This document shows, in pieces, positions 61,516 to 64,000 of a DNA stretch of 64,000 nucleotides (its first letter is position 1; each line of letters opens with the position of its first letter). The notes beneath the pieces were generated by a model, which saw only the letters and a list, made by a program, of their open reading frames with translations, was not told the DNA's origin and did no database searches. The DNA is from Gemmatimonadales bacterium (GTDB lineage Bacteria; Gemmatimonadota; Gemmatimonadetes; Gemmatimonadales; GWC2-71-9). Position numbers and translations under genes: made by a program. The DNA lies in the NCBI GenBank assembly GCA_965249575.1, contig OZ252244.1, positions 576,001 to 640,000 on the forward strand, given 5' to 3'.

Positions 61516-61956
61516 TTACGGGGCCTCCGCGCAGTATCTGTCAAAGGCCGTTCTGAGCTCCACCGCGATCGCCTCCGCCGACCGACCTTCGATATCTTGC
61601 CGTTCTAACATATGCACGAGCTGGGCGTCCTTGAAGAGCACGATTTGGGGTGACGAAGGCGGGTAGCCTATGAAGTGGCTACGGGCACGCTCCACGGCAT
61701 CGGTCTCCATGCCGGCGAATACGGTGGCGAGCCGGTCGGGGCGGACACTGTGTTCCAACGCGAGTCTCACTCCCGGCCGCGCTTTGCCCGCCGCGCATCC
61801 GCACACCGAGTTCACCACCACGAGCACGCTGCCATCGGCTGCTGAGCCGAGGACTTGGTCCACCTCTTCGGGGGTCAGCAGCTCCTCGAAGCCTATCTGC
61901 GTGAGTTCATCCCGCAGGGGTTGAACCATCACCGGATCGTACAGAGCTGTTCTCAT
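61516..61956 (-). CDS. BrxA/BrxB family bacilliredoxin
   Basis: VVNSVCGCAAGKARP, TVFAG, PPSSP, LFKD, ERQDIEG; GGAGG RBS. Confidence 0.92.
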   Translation of the reverse strand: MRTALYDPVMVQPLRDELTQIGFEELLTPEEVDQVLGSAADGSVLVVVNSVCGCAAGKARPGVRLALEHSVRPDRLATVFAGMETDAVERARSHFIGYPPSSPQIVLFKDAQLVHMLERQDIEGRSAEAIAVELRTAFDRYCAEAP

Positions 61957-62013
61957 TCTCGTCCTCCCGCTGCCGCCTGCCATGGCTTCCTCGAGCCCCG
62001 GCTTGGTCGGCGC

Positions 62014-62283
62014 CTACCCGCGCCCCTGCGCCACTTCCCGGGCCTCACCGCCTTCGAAGTAGGCGTAGTTTTTCTTCGTGTAGCTCGCCCACTTCTCGGG
62101 TACATCGTCTTCAGGGAAGATAGCGGTTACCGGGCACTCCGGCTCGCACGCGCCGCAGTCGATGCACTCGTCGGGGTGGATGTAGAGCATGTCCGGACCT
62201 TCGTAGATGCAATCGACGGGACACACGTCCACACACCCTCTGTCTAGTACGTCAATGCACGGTTCAGCAATGATGTACGTCAT
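62014..62283 (-). CDS. 7Fe-type ferredoxin (FdxA-like)
   Basis: [37 protein letters not shown]. Confidence 0.95.
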   Translation of the reverse strand: MTYIIAEPCIDVLDRGCVDVCPVDCIYEGPDMLYIHPDECIDCGACEPECPVTAIFPEDDVPEKWASYTKKNYAYFEGGEAREVAQGRG

Positions 62284-62427
62284 TGTTCCTCCACCGACGG
62301 CAACCGCGCATCCGCCCGTCCGGATGCCACCTCGTCCTATGGAACGGCTCGCTGCGTCGCAGGAAAAAGAAGCTCATGAGGGAGAGGATCAGTGCCCCGA
62401 GCGGTTTCGTGGTAGCGCGTGCCGGTC

Positions 62428-62487
62428 AAATCCGACCCTTTTACTAGGATTTCACTGCTGTATACAGAGGGGCCCGTGGCCTGTCAA
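62428..62487 (-). promoter_or_regulatory. Promoter plus candidate Rrf2/IscR-type operator for the fdx-brx-iscA operon
   Basis: TTGACA-17-TATACA (62487-62459); 25-nt dyad AAATCCGACCCTTTTACTAGGATTT at 62428-62452. Confidence 0.62.
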
Positions 62488-62547
62488 GTGGATCACGGGG
62501 CGGGGGGTCGGAGAGCCTTCAAGTGCTGAGACTGCCTGCCTGGCCTA

Positions 62548-62632
62548 AACCGCCCCCATTAACGGGCGCTCAGGCTGGCAGCAAGGGAGCGAGGCCCGCG
62601 GAGGGGCGCGAAGCGTGTAGAAGGGCGGTTCT
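62548..62632. repeat. Direct repeat copy 1 (85 nt)
   Basis: Shares aaccgcccc..ttaac, caggctggcag, gaggcccgcg, gaggggcgcgaagcgtgt and ggttct with 63463-63540. Confidence 0.85.
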
Positions 62633-62640
62633 GGTAACCG

Positions 62641-62868
62641 TCACCCGATTTCATACCGCTGCTTGAACTCCGTCATGATCTGATCCATCAGGCGCACGTA
62701 AGCGGGTGCGCCTGGCGTTGCAGGAACCTTCCAATTGCAGCCGCCTCGCGTTGGCGCAATCCGCTTCGGCGCTGCGAAGGATGCATCACAGTTCGGGTCT
62801 CTGTGTATTAGTTCGGCGTTCAGCAGTCCGTGCAGCCTGGCACCGGAAACCCGCCTGCGGTCAGCCAT
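62641..62868 (-). CDS. Small hypothetical protein (GCNW motif)
   Basis: GGAGGG RBS; 75 aa. Confidence 0.6.
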   Translation of the reverse strand: MADRRRVSGARLHGLLNAELIHRDPNCDASFAAPKRIAPTRGGCNWKVPATPGAPAYVRLMDQIMTEFKQRYEIG

Positions 62869-62943
62869 CCCCGCACCCTCCGATTCCACGCCAGCCGCGC
62901 TGCCGTTTTCTCTCCGGCACCCACACGGGCAGCTCGGTCACGA

Positions 62944-63163
62944 TCACTCGGACCGTCCACTGACGAAGAGTTGGCGCCGAGAGGTGGCGCAGCGCACGAG
63001 AAGGACCGCCTTCCCAGTCCCCTTCTGCGTAACTGGTCCGTGGAAGGTCAGCAGGTTACCACAGCGGGGACATTCAACTGGGGGCACTGGCCGCAGAGAC
63101 CATCTCACGAATGCGGTCGGCTTCCTGTGGGGAGTACGCGGCGTCGGTATCGTGCTCGGTCAC
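62944..63163 (-). pseudogene. Small zinc-ribbon-like ORF with +1 frameshift in a C5 run
   Basis: Removing one base at 63080-84 gives MTEHDTDAAYSPQEADRIREMVSAASAPVECPRCGNLLTF...VRCATSRRQLFVSGRSE*. Confidence 0.5.
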
Positions 63164-63173
63164 TCACCCATCA

Positions 63174-63380
63174 TCAGGACCGGCGGGCCTGATCCCACTC
63201 GATGACGCGGCGCTTGACTTCGTCTTCTGTCTCGTCGGCCGCGGCGGGGATCGCCCAATAATGCAACGCCCCGTCCACCTCGACCATCCACGATGCGATG
63301 GCGGGGGTTACGCCCACCGACTCAACGTGACACCGATAACTGTGTCCACCATCGGTGAACATGAACTCCTGAAGCTCCAT
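63174..63380 (-). CDS. Small hypothetical protein
   Basis: GGAG RBS; 68 aa MELQEFMFTDGGHSYRC...VIEWD. Confidence 0.6.
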   Translation of the reverse strand: MELQEFMFTDGGHSYRCHVESVGVTPAIASWMVEVDGALHYWAIPAAADETEDEVKRRVIEWDQARRS

Positions 63381-63462
63381 GAGAGGCTCCCGGGTCACCT
63401 CAAACGTGCCGCGCGGGTACACCACGCCGCTAGGGGCGACGCAACGCCCCCTGCGTGTCGTT

Positions 63463-63540
63463 AACCGCCCCGTTAACAGCGAACAGGCTGGCAGGAGGGT
63501 AGAGGCCCGCGAGGGGCGCGAAGCGTGTCGAGAGGGTTCT
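63463..63540. repeat. Direct repeat copy 2 (78 nt)
   Basis: Homologous to 62548-62632. Confidence 0.85.
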
Positions 63541-64000
63541 AAGCGGCTTAAGGGGTTTCTAGCGCCAGCCACCGGACGAGCAGGAGCGCGCCGAGCTCAT
63601 TGTGCTAGCTTCTCCGGTTCGTCAGCGTGCAGCGGCTGCTGGTACGGTACGCGAAGGTGCTGGCTGGCAGGCCGGATTCGAACTAGCTCGCGTGCAGCGA
63701 CCTACACGTAACACAAGGAAGCCTCTCGCCGGAGTTTTCCCAGGCGGTCAAAAGGGCGCGCTTGATGGTGGCGGCGAGCGGTGTATTTCACTAAGCGTTT
63801 TCACTTCAACGAGTTCGGGTCGGTCGGTTAAGACGCTGGTTGGAAGGAGGACACTGCAGCATTATGTACGCATGGGGCGCATCGAAACGGGAGGCTGACA
63901 CGGAGCGATACCCGGACACCTCGAGACACGACCCCATTAACCTGGCAACTCAGGACCGCCGAGGCCGACACCATGTCGCACGAAGTGGACGGGTCCACCC

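Noticed and set aside
62457..62468. LexA box at the palindrome CTGTATACAG
   Set aside because: Spacing is N2 rather than N8, and it coincides with the -10 element.
63700..63900. Riboswitch or ncRNA in the terminal non-coding stretch
   Set aside because: No motif I can recognise, and the context is cut off by the window edge.
62548..63970. CRISPR array interpretation of the repeats
   Set aside because: The repeats are too long, diverged and widely spaced, and there are no cas genes.

Overview
High-GC bacterial chromosome segment. Gene order and protein style suggest Gemmatimonadota (inference only). Positions 1-46.5 kb are mostly housekeeping genes: prs end, rplY-pth-hppA-ychF, rpsF-rpsR-DUF2232-rplI-DAK2/DegV-rsfS, then an envelope/segregation run (Omp85 fusion, two SPOR proteins, smc, S8 protease, aroF, lolA), rpmE-prfA-prmC-ylbF-tmk-ctpA, lnt, spoIID-like, hemL, rimO, yajQ, a short sigma-70, an NtrX-like regulator, thpR and larE. 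Positions 46.5-64 kb are accessory: treT-YHS/galT, DUF4105, an octaheme cytochrome, mgtE, cspA, a ferredoxin-bacilliredoxin-IscA operon and many small ORFs. The best candidates for undescribed systems are: (1) a cyclic-nucleotide locus (Crp, a CRP box at about -61, an MBL hydrolase, a CsgG/TPR protein, an MCE/MlaD remnant, a GAF-HD-GYP protein) with a deletion junction in the middle; (2) a Walker-A-less kinase-like/TM/double-SPOR protein coupled to smc; (3) a predicted Rrf2/IscR-controlled fdx-brx-iscA operon; (4) three tiny ORFs bracketed by direct repeats of about 80 nt. Several lesions (frameshifts, an in-frame TAG, an ATA start, internal deletions) could be real decay or assembly errors. 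I saw no rRNA, tRNA, CRISPR array, integrase or transposase. All family assignments come from motif recognition by eye, not database searches.
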